Source of the DNA: Gammaproteobacteria bacterium RIFCSPHIGHO2_12_FULL_35_23
Lineage (GTDB): Bacteria; Pseudomonadota; Gammaproteobacteria; UBA12402
Length of the DNA stretch: 64,000 bases
Direction of reading: 5' to 3'
Assembly (NCBI GenBank): GCA_001801465.1
Contig: MGXT01000014.1
Location: 73,234 to 137,233, forward strand
Shown here: one piece after another, positions 47,997-56,545 of the stretch
Layout of the letters: each line of letters starts with the position of its first letter
Numbering within the stretch: the first letter of the stretch is position 1
Notes under the pieces: generated by a model
Database searches by the model: none
Told to the model about the DNA's origin: nothing
The model's input: only the letters and a program-made list of their open reading frames with translations
Program-made: the position numbers and the translations under genes

Positions 47997-49724
47997 ATGC
48001 CCTGGGCAAATATAGCTGAATTTAAAAGATTGCTCTCAACTGAGAGCAAGTTTGCCTTTCTTTATGCAAAAGCCTTAATGAAAAAAACACTGGTTACCTC
48101 TAGCTTTCGAGATGAACATGACAATCCTTATCCATTACCCGTAGAGCTTTTTATAACTATTTTACGAAGCACTGTCATTACCCCTGAGGAAGCTTTGAAA
48201 TTACTTGCACTGTTATTAAGAAAAACAGAGCAAGTAGGTCTTGCAATTGCTGACAAAGGATTTTGGACTTCTGAAGGTGTATTCTTAGATCCTTTTAGAA
48301 TTCTTATCTGTATAGAAAGTTCTTCACTTAATCACTATTTGTCACTCTTAACAGAAGAAACCCGTCTCTGCTGGCAAAGATATTTACCTTATTTATTACA
48401 GACCGTTATTGATTATATTAATCAAAGAGAAATTTCTCGTTTTTTAAGCTCATCTTCTATAATCGTTGCCATCAATCACTCTGCTACAATGGTTTTTAAA
48501 TCTTTATTAGCTTTAGATAATACTGATTTAACAAGGTATAGAGTAGGCAGAAGAAATATTTTACATCTTGCTATGGCTTATTTAGCTGATGAATCTGCGC
48601 TCAGAATACTTTTTGAAAGATTAATAGCTAATAGACAATGGATTGACTTTTTTAGAAAAAAATACCTAGTTTACTCAGAAGATAAACAAACTATTATCCA
48701 TATATTAACCCCATTAAATACACTAACCTGTTCGCTTTATCATTTACCTGATGAAATTATAACAATGAAGCTGCGACTACTTCATTCTTATGGACTATTA
48801 ACTGAAGCAGACTGCATCAAACCTATGTTTGTTTCTACCACTATACCTTCTCCTATAACTATTACTGAATATTTTGAATTACCCTTAGAAAAGAAAAAGG
48901 AATTAATAGGAAATGGTATCAATTTTTTTCATTCATGCTGTAGGGCGGGCGTATTAAATACTCTAAAATTTTTACTGCTTGAAAGTGGCTTTGATAAAAA
49001 AACTCTGTTAACCACGACTTCTGCTGATTCTTTTTCACCTCTTTGGTATGCGGTTTCAGCTAGAAAAAAAGAAGTGGTTATTTTTTTACTAAGTTTTCCT
49101 GAAATAATATTAACTGAAGCAGATCTTGAATTTGCTAGCACAATGACTTGCAGTGAAATTCCAGAATTAGCTAGAATCTCGGAAGAAATTGTCTCTCTAC
49201 TTACTATTCAATTAGCAGCAAAAGTTGTTAGTGCTGTTTTTAAAAGAATAGCAAGTTTAACAGGTTCTACTTCAATCTCTTCTGCTGCTGGCGAAGCGCC
49301 AGGCAGTAGCACTTCTTTTGCTAGCCCTCCTGCAGGCGAAATAAGTCATGGCGCTAGAGAAGAGGAGGCATTAAGACAAGCTCCTCCTCTTGTTAGAGAT
49401 CAAGAAATACCTGCAGAAATACCTGCAGATCACCCAGGAGAAGTAATTTCATTACCTCCTATTCTTGCAAGATTAAGACCAACCTCACTTGCAGCTGCTG
49501 TTCCACCAGCAGCTGCAAGTGAGGGACCCGCGGCCATTATAGCAGCTGCTAGAGAAGAGCTCGTTGCAGGTAGAGTAGATCCTGCTATTCAGGCAGCTGC
49601 CTGTCAACTGGTAAAAGTATTAACGCCTCCTCGACGAGCAAGCTTTTTTCCCGCCAATCCAGATCGTCATTTAGCTTTACCACCGGTACGCAGAGGAACT
49701 ACTGTGCCAACCCCTGGTTCTTAA
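47997..49724 (+). CDS. hypothetical protein with ankyrin-like repeats and a P/A/S-rich disordered C-terminal tail (effector candidate)
   Basis: Ankyrin-like helix-turn-helix units: NFFHSCCRAGVLNTLKFLLLESGFD, SPLWYAVSARKKEVVIFLLSF, NILHLAMAYLADESALRILFERL. The last ~155 aa are low complexity and GC-rich. Confidence 0.55.
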   Translation: MPWANIAEFKRLLSTESKFAFLYAKALMKKTLVTSSFRDEHDNPYPLPVELFITILRSTVITPEEALKLLALLLRKTEQVGLAIADKGFWTSEGVFLDPFRILICIESSSLNHYLSLLTEETRLCWQRYLPYLLQTVIDYINQREISRFLSSSSIIVAINHSATMVFKSLLALDNTDLTRYRVGRRNILHLAMAYLADESALRILFERLIANRQWIDFFRKKYLVYSEDKQTIIHILTPLNTLTCSLYHLPDEIITMKLRLLHSYGLLTEADCIKPMFVSTTIPSPITITEYFELPLEKKKELIGNGINFFHSCCRAGVLNTLKFLLLESGFDKKTLLTTTSADSFSPLWYAVSARKKEVVIFLLSFPEIILTEADLEFASTMTCSEIPELARISEEIVSLLTIQLAAKVVSAVFKRIASLTGSTSISSAAGEAPGSSTSFASPPAGEISHGAREEEALRQAPPLVRDQEIPAEIPADHPGEVISLPPILARLRPTSLAAAVPPAAASEGPAAIIAAAREELVAGRVDPAIQAAACQLVKVLTPPRRASFFPANPDRHLALPPVRRGTTVPTPGS

Positions 49725-50026
49725 CCTATACAAACAGTTTTTCATTATACACTGCTACAATGATGAAATCTTTAATATAACACCTCTCGCTAAAACATTT
49801 ACCCTTTAATAAACTCTCTTTCGCTGCCAAAATAGCATTGGTAGCAACCGAGAATCCTCAATAAACAGTCGAGTAATAACTCAATATGCAGTTTTAATTG
49901 TGGTAACATAAAACCCATTACTATTAAAGCATCTCCTATTATTAACTCTTGTATTTTTTAATCTAGCGTACTCGAATGTTCGTAAAAATCACTAAATGCA
50001 AGCTCTACATTAACCCTGGCAAAAAG

Positions 50027-50506
50027 TTAATACACAATCCAAGGTTGAAAAAAAGGTGCTGTTAAGCTCATAGGGCCTGAACCTAATAACATAAAAAAGA
50101 AGGCTACAGCAGCCAAGACAAAGTTCTTTTGTGCAGAAGAAACATTGCCGACAACTCCCATATCAATCACTTCTTGCAAAGCTGCATTGTTTGATTGGTT
50201 GGCCATGGCCTGGTGATTTATAATAAGTTTCGCAAGCTTATAATGAACTACGGCCCCCATTAAACAATACACTAATAACAACAACCCACCAATTTGTGCA
50301 TAAAATCCTAATAAAATAGACAATGCACCAATGATCATAACAATTACCATCAGTATACTGCTTAATGGCACCAGCCTTTTAGGAACAATTAATGCCACCG
50401 TATTTTTAGTTACTTGCCAATCACTTAGCAACACTTTTAATGGATAGAGAAACATCCATGCATACATAATCCGCAAAATCATCCAAGCAACGATTTGTAA
50501 TTCCAT
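50027..50506 (-). CDS. DoxX family membrane protein
   Basis: 159 aa with 4 TM segments. Shows the R...A..F...G pattern of DoxX. Confidence 0.65.
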   Translation of the reverse strand: MELQIVAWMILRIMYAWMFLYPLKVLLSDWQVTKNTVALIVPKRLVPLSSILMVIVMIIGALSILLGFYAQIGGLLLLVYCLMGAVVHYKLAKLIINHQAMANQSNNAALQEVIDMGVVGNVSSAQKNFVLAAVAFFFMLLGSGPMSLTAPFFQPWIVY

Positions 50507-50518
50507 TTTATACTCCTA

Positions 50519-51850
50519 TTAATTGCCAGCTACTGTTAACTGTCCAAGCAGTACAGAGCCGGTATGAATATTTCCACGATAATCAATATCATTGCCCACT
50601 GCAATCAAACTACGAAACATTGTTTGTAAATTACCTGCTATAGTAATTTCTGAGACTGGAAATTGAATTTTACCTTGTTCTACCCAAAAACCTCTTGCTC
50701 CTCGTGAGTAATCACCAGTCAATATATTTACCCCCTGACCCATAACTTCTGTCACTAAAAGTCCTCGGTCCATTAATTTAAGTAACTGTGGTAAATCTTT
50801 CTCTCCAGGCTCTATAATTAAATTATGCACGCCATCAGCATTCCCCGTCGTTTGCATTCCCAATTTTCTAGCCGAATAAGCTCCCAAGCAATAACTTTTT
50901 AAAAATCCTTTGCTAATAAAATATTTTTTTGTTGTAGCAACACCATCACTATCAAAAGCTGTACTACCCATCCCTTTTAATAAATAAGGGTCTTCATAGA
51001 GATGAATAAATTCAGGAAATATTTGTTTTTCTAAACAGTCTAATAAAAATGAAGATTTACGGTACAGCTGTGAGCCTGCAATAGCTGAAACAAAGTGTCC
51101 CCATAAGCTACACGCCTCTTCGGCAATAAAAATTACTGGTACTTTACAGGTTTTAATTTTTCTAGCACCCAACCGAGAAATAGTTTTGCTTACTGCCTCG
51201 TCAGCAATTTTTTCAATTGCAATTAAATCTTTGGGGTCTCTTGCCAAAGAATAGGCGAAATCTCGTTCCATCTCCTCATCTTGTTCAGCAATTAAAATAC
51301 AGCTAATTTCATGTTGAGTACTATTAATTTCACCAAGAAAACCATGAGAATTACCATAAACATATTTAGCCTGAAAACTAGTCACAGAAACACTATCTGA
51401 ATTGGTAATACGCTTGTCAAGTTGCCTTGCCTTTGCTTCACAAGCTAAAGCTAACTCTACCCCCTGCTCTGCGCTAAGATCCCAAGGATGATAAAGACTA
51501 AGATCAGGTAAATACTGTGCCATCAGCGCTTTGTCGGCTAAACCATTATATGGATCTTCACCAGTAAATTTAGCAATATCACAGGCCTTTTTTATGGTAA
51601 TCATCAATGATTCAGGTTTTATTTCAGTAGTAGTTGCTGAGCCTTTTTTATGGCCAAAATAAACTGTTATGTCTATTTCTCTATCACGCTGATATTCTAC
51701 TGTGTCAATTTCTCCCATACGCACAATGCTGGTAAAGCCATCATCCAAATTTGCGCTGACTTCTACTTCACTAGCACCTTCTTTTTTCGCTATTGCAATA
51801 GCCTCAGCTACCAATTTTTTTAAATTTACATCATGAATAGTTTGCTGCAC
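50519..51850 (-). CDS. pmbA: metalloprotease PmbA (TldE)
   Basis: 443 aa. FD.DG.......I..G.L, GNA.G, G..V.E..G.G.N..TGD.S.GA.G and I.G.. motifs are present. It lies adjacent to tldD. Confidence 0.9.
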   Translation of the reverse strand: MQQTIHDVNLKKLVAEAIAIAKKEGASEVEVSANLDDGFTSIVRMGEIDTVEYQRDREIDITVYFGHKKGSATTTEIKPESLMITIKKACDIAKFTGEDPYNGLADKALMAQYLPDLSLYHPWDLSAEQGVELALACEAKARQLDKRITNSDSVSVTSFQAKYVYGNSHGFLGEINSTQHEISCILIAEQDEEMERDFAYSLARDPKDLIAIEKIADEAVSKTISRLGARKIKTCKVPVIFIAEEACSLWGHFVSAIAGSQLYRKSSFLLDCLEKQIFPEFIHLYEDPYLLKGMGSTAFDSDGVATTKKYFISKGFLKSYCLGAYSARKLGMQTTGNADGVHNLIIEPGEKDLPQLLKLMDRGLLVTEVMGQGVNILTGDYSRGARGFWVEQGKIQFPVSEITIAGNLQTMFRSLIAVGNDIDYRGNIHTGSVLLGQLTVAGN

Positions 51851-51880
51851 TGACTCACCTTTTTATTTTAACAAAACAAT

Positions 51881-53341
51881 TTATTCAGTCCCACCGACTG
51901 TCATTTCATCAATTCTTAGAGTAGGCTGTCCGACACCAACTGGTACACTTTGTCCATCTTTGCCACAAGTACCCACCCCTTCATCCAACTTTAAGTCATT
52001 ACCTACCATGGATACTTTGGTTAAGATATCTGGGCCACTACCAATTAAAGTAGCACCTTTAATAGGTTTGCCAATTTTACCTTTCTCAATTAAATAAGCT
52101 TCACTCGCAGAAAAAACAAATTTGCCTGAAGTAATATCCACTTGTCCGCCACCAAAATTTACGGCATAAATTCCTTTTGAAATGGAAGAAATTATTTCAT
52201 CGGGATCATGAGAGCCCGCTAACATATAAGTATTCGTCATTCTTGGCATGGGTTGATGTGCATAAGATTCTCGTCTACCATTTCCTGTAGGTTTCATCCC
52301 CATTAATTTTGCATTAAGCTTATCTTGCATGTAGCTCACTAATATGCCATCTTTAATTAAAGTTGTGCATTGAGTAATAGTACCCTCATCATCTATATTT
52401 AACGAACCTCGTCTATTAACCAAAGTTCCATCATCAACAATAGTACATAAAGAAGAAGCTACTTTTTCTCCTAAACGATTAGCAAAAGCAGAGCTACCCT
52501 TACGATTAAAATCACCCTCTAATCCATGACCAATAGCTTCATGTAGTAAGACACCTGGCCAACCTGGTCCTAACACAACTGGCATAGTACCAGCCGGAGC
52601 TGGAACCGCCTCAAGATTAAGCAGCGCTTGTCTTACTGCTTCTTTTGCGTGATAAGCAGCAGCACCAGTTTGAATAAACGTCTCATAGCCATAGCGTCCG
52701 CCTCCACCTGAAGAACCTTTTTCCCTCCGTCCTTTAGTTTCAACCACCACACTAACATTTAAACGTATCAAAGGCCTGATATCTGCTGCCAATGTTCCAT
52801 CACTAGCCATAATTAAAATTAACTCATAAACCCCAACAAGGTTTGCGATAACGTGTACTACTCTTGGATCTTCTTTTCTAGCTAACTGATCAACTTCATG
52901 AAGTATCTGTATTTTTTCTATAGCACTTAGACCCGTAATAGGATTTACAGGATGATAAAGATTTAAGCCATTGATAGGTCCTGATATCTTGATCCGTTTA
53001 TCGTTCCCAAGTTTAGCAATACTCTTAGCTGCCATGGCAGCTTTCGATAAAGCAGGTAAAGCAATATCCTCTGAGTAAGCGAATCCAGTCTTTTGCTCAT
53101 TAATAGCTCTTACGCCCACTCCTCTCTCTATATTGTAGCAGCCTTCCTTTACTACCCCATCCTCTAAGCCCCAGGATTCCAATTGCAAACTTTGGCAATA
53201 AATATCTGCATAATCAATTTTATTACCTAAGATATCATTTAATAAATTACTTAAATGCTGCTCCGTTAATTCCGCAGGCAACAATAGCTCGTTCATAGCT
53301 GTTTCGAAATGGCTAGTTTTTGTAATCATTATTGATACCAT
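51881..53341 (-). CDS. tldD: metalloprotease TldD
   Basis: [12 protein letters not shown] zinc motif, [16 protein letters not shown] and GGQVD..SG.F.F. Start is uncertain. Met16 at nt 53296 aligns best with my memory of E. coli TldD. Confidence 0.9.
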   Translation of the reverse strand: MVSIMITKTSHFETAMNELLLPAELTEQHLSNLLNDILGNKIDYADIYCQSLQLESWGLEDGVVKEGCYNIERGVGVRAINEQKTGFAYSEDIALPALSKAAMAAKSIAKLGNDKRIKISGPINGLNLYHPVNPITGLSAIEKIQILHEVDQLARKEDPRVVHVIANLVGVYELILIMASDGTLAADIRPLIRLNVSVVVETKGRREKGSSGGGGRYGYETFIQTGAAAYHAKEAVRQALLNLEAVPAPAGTMPVVLGPGWPGVLLHEAIGHGLEGDFNRKGSSAFANRLGEKVASSLCTIVDDGTLVNRRGSLNIDDEGTITQCTTLIKDGILVSYMQDKLNAKLMGMKPTGNGRRESYAHQPMPRMTNTYMLAGSHDPDEIISSISKGIYAVNFGGGQVDITSGKFVFSASEAYLIEKGKIGKPIKGATLIGSGPDILTKVSMVGNDLKLDEGVGTCGKDGQSVPVGVGQPTLRIDEMTVGGTE

Positions 53342-53379
53342 TAATTGACAATAATTTTTATTTTAACACGATATAAAAA

Positions 53380-55041
53380 TTAATTACCTATATTTTGATT
53401 GGTTGCAGCAAAAAGCTCTGGGTTATCGCTATAGTCAATAGGTATATCTATAAGCACTGGTACTTTTTCTGTCAAGGCTTGTTGTAAAGTAGGTAACAGT
53501 TCTTCACTATTTTGAACTGCATAGCCTTTTGCACCAAAGCTTTCTGCAAATTTTACTAAATCTACTTTACCAAAATAAACACCACTTGCCTGTTTATATT
53601 TCATCACTTCTTGTTCAAGCACCATGTTATAAGCACCGTCACGCCAGACACAATGTACAAATGGGCATTTTTCTCGCACCGCTGTTTCTAGCTCTGTGGC
53701 TGAAAACAAAAAACCGCCATCGCCAGAAATGGAAATAATTTTGTTATCAGGTCGAATCATTCTTGTAGAAATAGCCCAAGGTAATGCTACACCTAAGGTT
53801 TGCTGGCCATTACTAAATAATAAATGTCTAGGTTCATAGCAGAAAAAATATCGCGCTAACCACATATAATGAGTACCAATATCACTAATCACTGTGGTTT
53901 TATCATCAACACACTGTGTTAAATCATAAATAAATCGTAAAGGATGAATAAGTTTTCCCTGTTTAGATTTGCCACTATCTATCTTAGTCAATAACTTTTG
54001 TTGTAAGCTTATGATATCTTGACCTAAAAGCTCTGTTCTTGGTTTTAAATATTTTGCTAAGGCTTTAATATTTTGGGCGATATCGCCAATTAACTCTAAA
54101 GAAGGTAAAAAAGTTGCATGAATTTCAGCAGGGGCTGAGTTAATAGAAATAATCTTTTTATTGCTATTATGAGCATTCCATGTTTCTGGATCATATTCTA
54201 CTGGATTATAGCCAACTGTGATGACAACATCTGCTGCATCCAGCGCGATATCGCCAGGTTGATTTTTGAATAACCCTACTCTTCCTATAAAACAATCCAC
54301 TAAATTCTTAGAAATAATCCCTGCAGCCTGAAAAGTCCCAACACATGGAAATTTAATTTCGTGCAACAATTCTCTAATAACTTTTGCATTTTGCTCTTTG
54401 CTCGCATACATCCCTAAAAGCAATATAGGTTTTTTTGCAGAATTGATAAGCTGCGCTGCTTTTTCCAAAAGTGAAAGTGGCGCTGTACCCAACTCAATTT
54501 GTGGAATGGGTGGATTAGCCTGAATAGTTGTTGGCGCTGTTAACACATCTTGCGGTAAACTAATGAATGCTGCACCACCAGGTTCTTCACAGGCAGTACG
54601 AAAAGCATTTTCAATTGCTTCAGGGATACTTTCTGGTACTAAAACTTCTACGCTACTCTTACTAACAAAAGTCATTAAATTAGCGTTTTCTAAGCCTTGA
54701 TGGGTATGTTTTAACCGCATAGCACGAGAAACATTAGCTCCAATAGCGATAACAGGATCCCCTTCGCTGGTTGCTGTTAATAGACCAGTTGTTAAATTAG
54801 TTACTCCTGGACCAGAAGTAACAATCACCACACCTGGTTTGCCCGTAAGCCGACCATGAATGGCTGCCATGAAGGCTGCATTCTGTTCATGACGACAAAC
54901 GACTAGATGAATTTTATCTTCAACATTTTTTAATTCATTAAAAACAGCATCTACTTTAGCACCAGGAATTCCAAATACTGTTTTGACACCATGTTTTAAT
55001 AAACAATCTACTAATAATTTTGCGCCATTTTGGGTTGACAT
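53380..55041 (-). CDS. alsS: catabolic acetolactate synthase (AlsS/BudB type, ThDP-dependent)
   Basis: GA.L.VDCL...GV..VFGIPGAK.DAVF, RHEQNAAFMA...GRLTGKPGV..VTSGPG..NL.TGL.TA..EGDPV and the GDGGF ThDP motif. No small regulatory subunit or alsD is adjacent. Confidence 0.85.
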   Translation of the reverse strand: MSTQNGAKLLVDCLLKHGVKTVFGIPGAKVDAVFNELKNVEDKIHLVVCRHEQNAAFMAAIHGRLTGKPGVVIVTSGPGVTNLTTGLLTATSEGDPVIAIGANVSRAMRLKHTHQGLENANLMTFVSKSSVEVLVPESIPEAIENAFRTACEEPGGAAFISLPQDVLTAPTTIQANPPIPQIELGTAPLSLLEKAAQLINSAKKPILLLGMYASKEQNAKVIRELLHEIKFPCVGTFQAAGIISKNLVDCFIGRVGLFKNQPGDIALDAADVVITVGYNPVEYDPETWNAHNSNKKIISINSAPAEIHATFLPSLELIGDIAQNIKALAKYLKPRTELLGQDIISLQQKLLTKIDSGKSKQGKLIHPLRFIYDLTQCVDDKTTVISDIGTHYMWLARYFFCYEPRHLLFSNGQQTLGVALPWAISTRMIRPDNKIISISGDGGFLFSATELETAVREKCPFVHCVWRDGAYNMVLEQEVMKYKQASGVYFGKVDLVKFAESFGAKGYAVQNSEELLPTLQQALTEKVPVLIDIPIDYSDNPELFAATNQNIGN

Positions 55042-55224
55042 AGCTTTTTACCTCTTAAATCTTATTTTCTCTCTATTTCAAGCTTTACCTGCTATTTCTT
55101 GTATTTTATAGCCAAATAGTTTAAATTAATTACATAAATATAATTGGTTACTAATTATTTTAATATAGTTGATTTTACATAATTTGCTTAGTTAGCAATA
55201 AATATCATGAATGGAGTCATGAAC

Positions 55225-55599
55225 ATGAAACTAGTTCGGCCTATATTTATACTTTTATTCATTTTTTTGCTTAATAATTACGCATATTCAGCAGCGCCTA
55301 GCCAAAATTTTGAAAATATTATAACCAAGTCACGCGCGCAAATAACTAGTAACAGCAATTTCCAACCAGTAGATCCCAATATAGTAAAAATTGATACGCC
55401 TCCTGTTCTTCCTTATCAAGAAATCGGCAAAGTCTATGTCAGCCTTTATAATATTTGGGGGGTCAAACGACAATCGGGCGTTATCAGCGATTTAATGCAA
55501 AAACAGGCAGCAGAAGTAGGTGGTGATGATGTTTACAATATTCATGTTAATGGTCATTATGCAGTTGGCGATATTGTTAAAGAAGAACCCATTAATTAA
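55225..55599 (+). CDS. small secreted hypothetical protein
   Basis: Signal peptide MKLVRPIFILLFIFLLNNYAYSA-AP. The C-terminal half (EIGKVYVS....QKQAAEVGGDDVYNI) is vaguely DUF1471/YbjQ-like. Confidence 0.5.
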   Translation: MKLVRPIFILLFIFLLNNYAYSAAPSQNFENIITKSRAQITSNSNFQPVDPNIVKIDTPPVLPYQEIGKVYVSLYNIWGVKRQSGVISDLMQKQAAEVGGDDVYNIHVNGHYAVGDIVKEEPIN

Positions 55600-55611
55600 T
55601 AGGAGAAACGC

Positions 55612-56208
55612 ATGAAAGCAATTACCAAAGGTTTATTAATAGGAATTATTTTTGGCTTGCCATTTATTAGTTTTTCTCAAGATGTTACCAACCCTAATTT
55701 TGGTAATTTTAATAATCCTAAACCACCAACGACTCCTCCAACGACTCAGCAACAGACAACTACACAAACAACCACTACAGCAACACCAGTTAGCCAACCT
55801 GCTGTTGTAGAACAAAAGGCACCCATAGCAACTCTACCAACGGCTGTACCGACGACCTCTACCTCTAATACTACAAGCAGTAATCAATCAACCTCTACTA
55901 GCTTATCTATGGCTCGTCCTAAATTAACTATCAAAAACAAATTAAATACTCTTATATGGGTAGTTTCAGCCCCCTCAACTGAAACGCAAAATGGCGTAGG
56001 AGATTTAGGCAATGCATTTTCTTTACAACCTAATGATGAAGCAACTGTCGATACTCCAAGCGATACTTTTTCGACTCAAGTTTCTATTAACGACACCAAT
56101 TCGACTGAAGTAGATTGTCAAGATCTACCCGGAAATCGCAGCTATGTGATTACGATTGAAAACAATACTGCTAATCAACCAATTTGTAGTGTTGCTAATA
56201 AAATTTAA
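55612..56208 (+). CDS. secreted protein with Thr/Pro/Gln-rich mucin-like linker
   Basis: Signal peptide ...FISFSQ. A T/P/S/Q-rich segment of about 75 aa (PPTTPPTTQQQTTTQTTTTATP...) precedes a ~95-aa C-terminal domain with 2 Cys. It starts 12 nt after the previous ORF, with an AGGAGA RBS. Confidence 0.5.
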   Translation: MKAITKGLLIGIIFGLPFISFSQDVTNPNFGNFNNPKPPTTPPTTQQQTTTQTTTTATPVSQPAVVEQKAPIATLPTAVPTTSTSNTTSSNQSTSTSLSMARPKLTIKNKLNTLIWVVSAPSTETQNGVGDLGNAFSLQPNDEATVDTPSDTFSTQVSINDTNSTEVDCQDLPGNRSYVITIENNTANQPICSVANKI

Positions 56209-56514
56209 TTATATAAAAAATATGTACTTTTAGTTTATTACTTTATGAAATTAATAATTCTGATCTTGAATGAACCTATAAAAAATAATAAGTATCTCAT
56301 ACAGAACAAGGGAATAATAGGTAAATACCTAATAGCAAGCCATTAATTCTTACAAACCAATCATTCTAGCTTATTCTAACCTAAATCTATTTAAACTACC
56401 CATCCATACTACTCTTTGTGTTTTAAATTTATTATTTAGAATAACCTAGTTAAAAAATACTTACAATTCGAAGAGTGAGTTTGCTCTTTTTTAACTTATA
56501 GATTAGATAGTTTA

Positions 56515-56544
56515 TTAAGTATATCTTAAGCTTACTATGTAATA
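56515..56544 (+). promoter_or_regulatory. PmrA-box-like direct repeat plus -10 element upstream of the 1032-aa gene
   Basis: Reads TTAAG-(t)tatatc-TTAAG-cttacta-TGTAAT. Coordinates are +/-1 because my reading of the printed sequence and the ORF track disagree by 1 nt in this stretch. The architecture is the same as at 16151-16179. Confidence 0.35.
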
Positions 56545-56545
56545 A

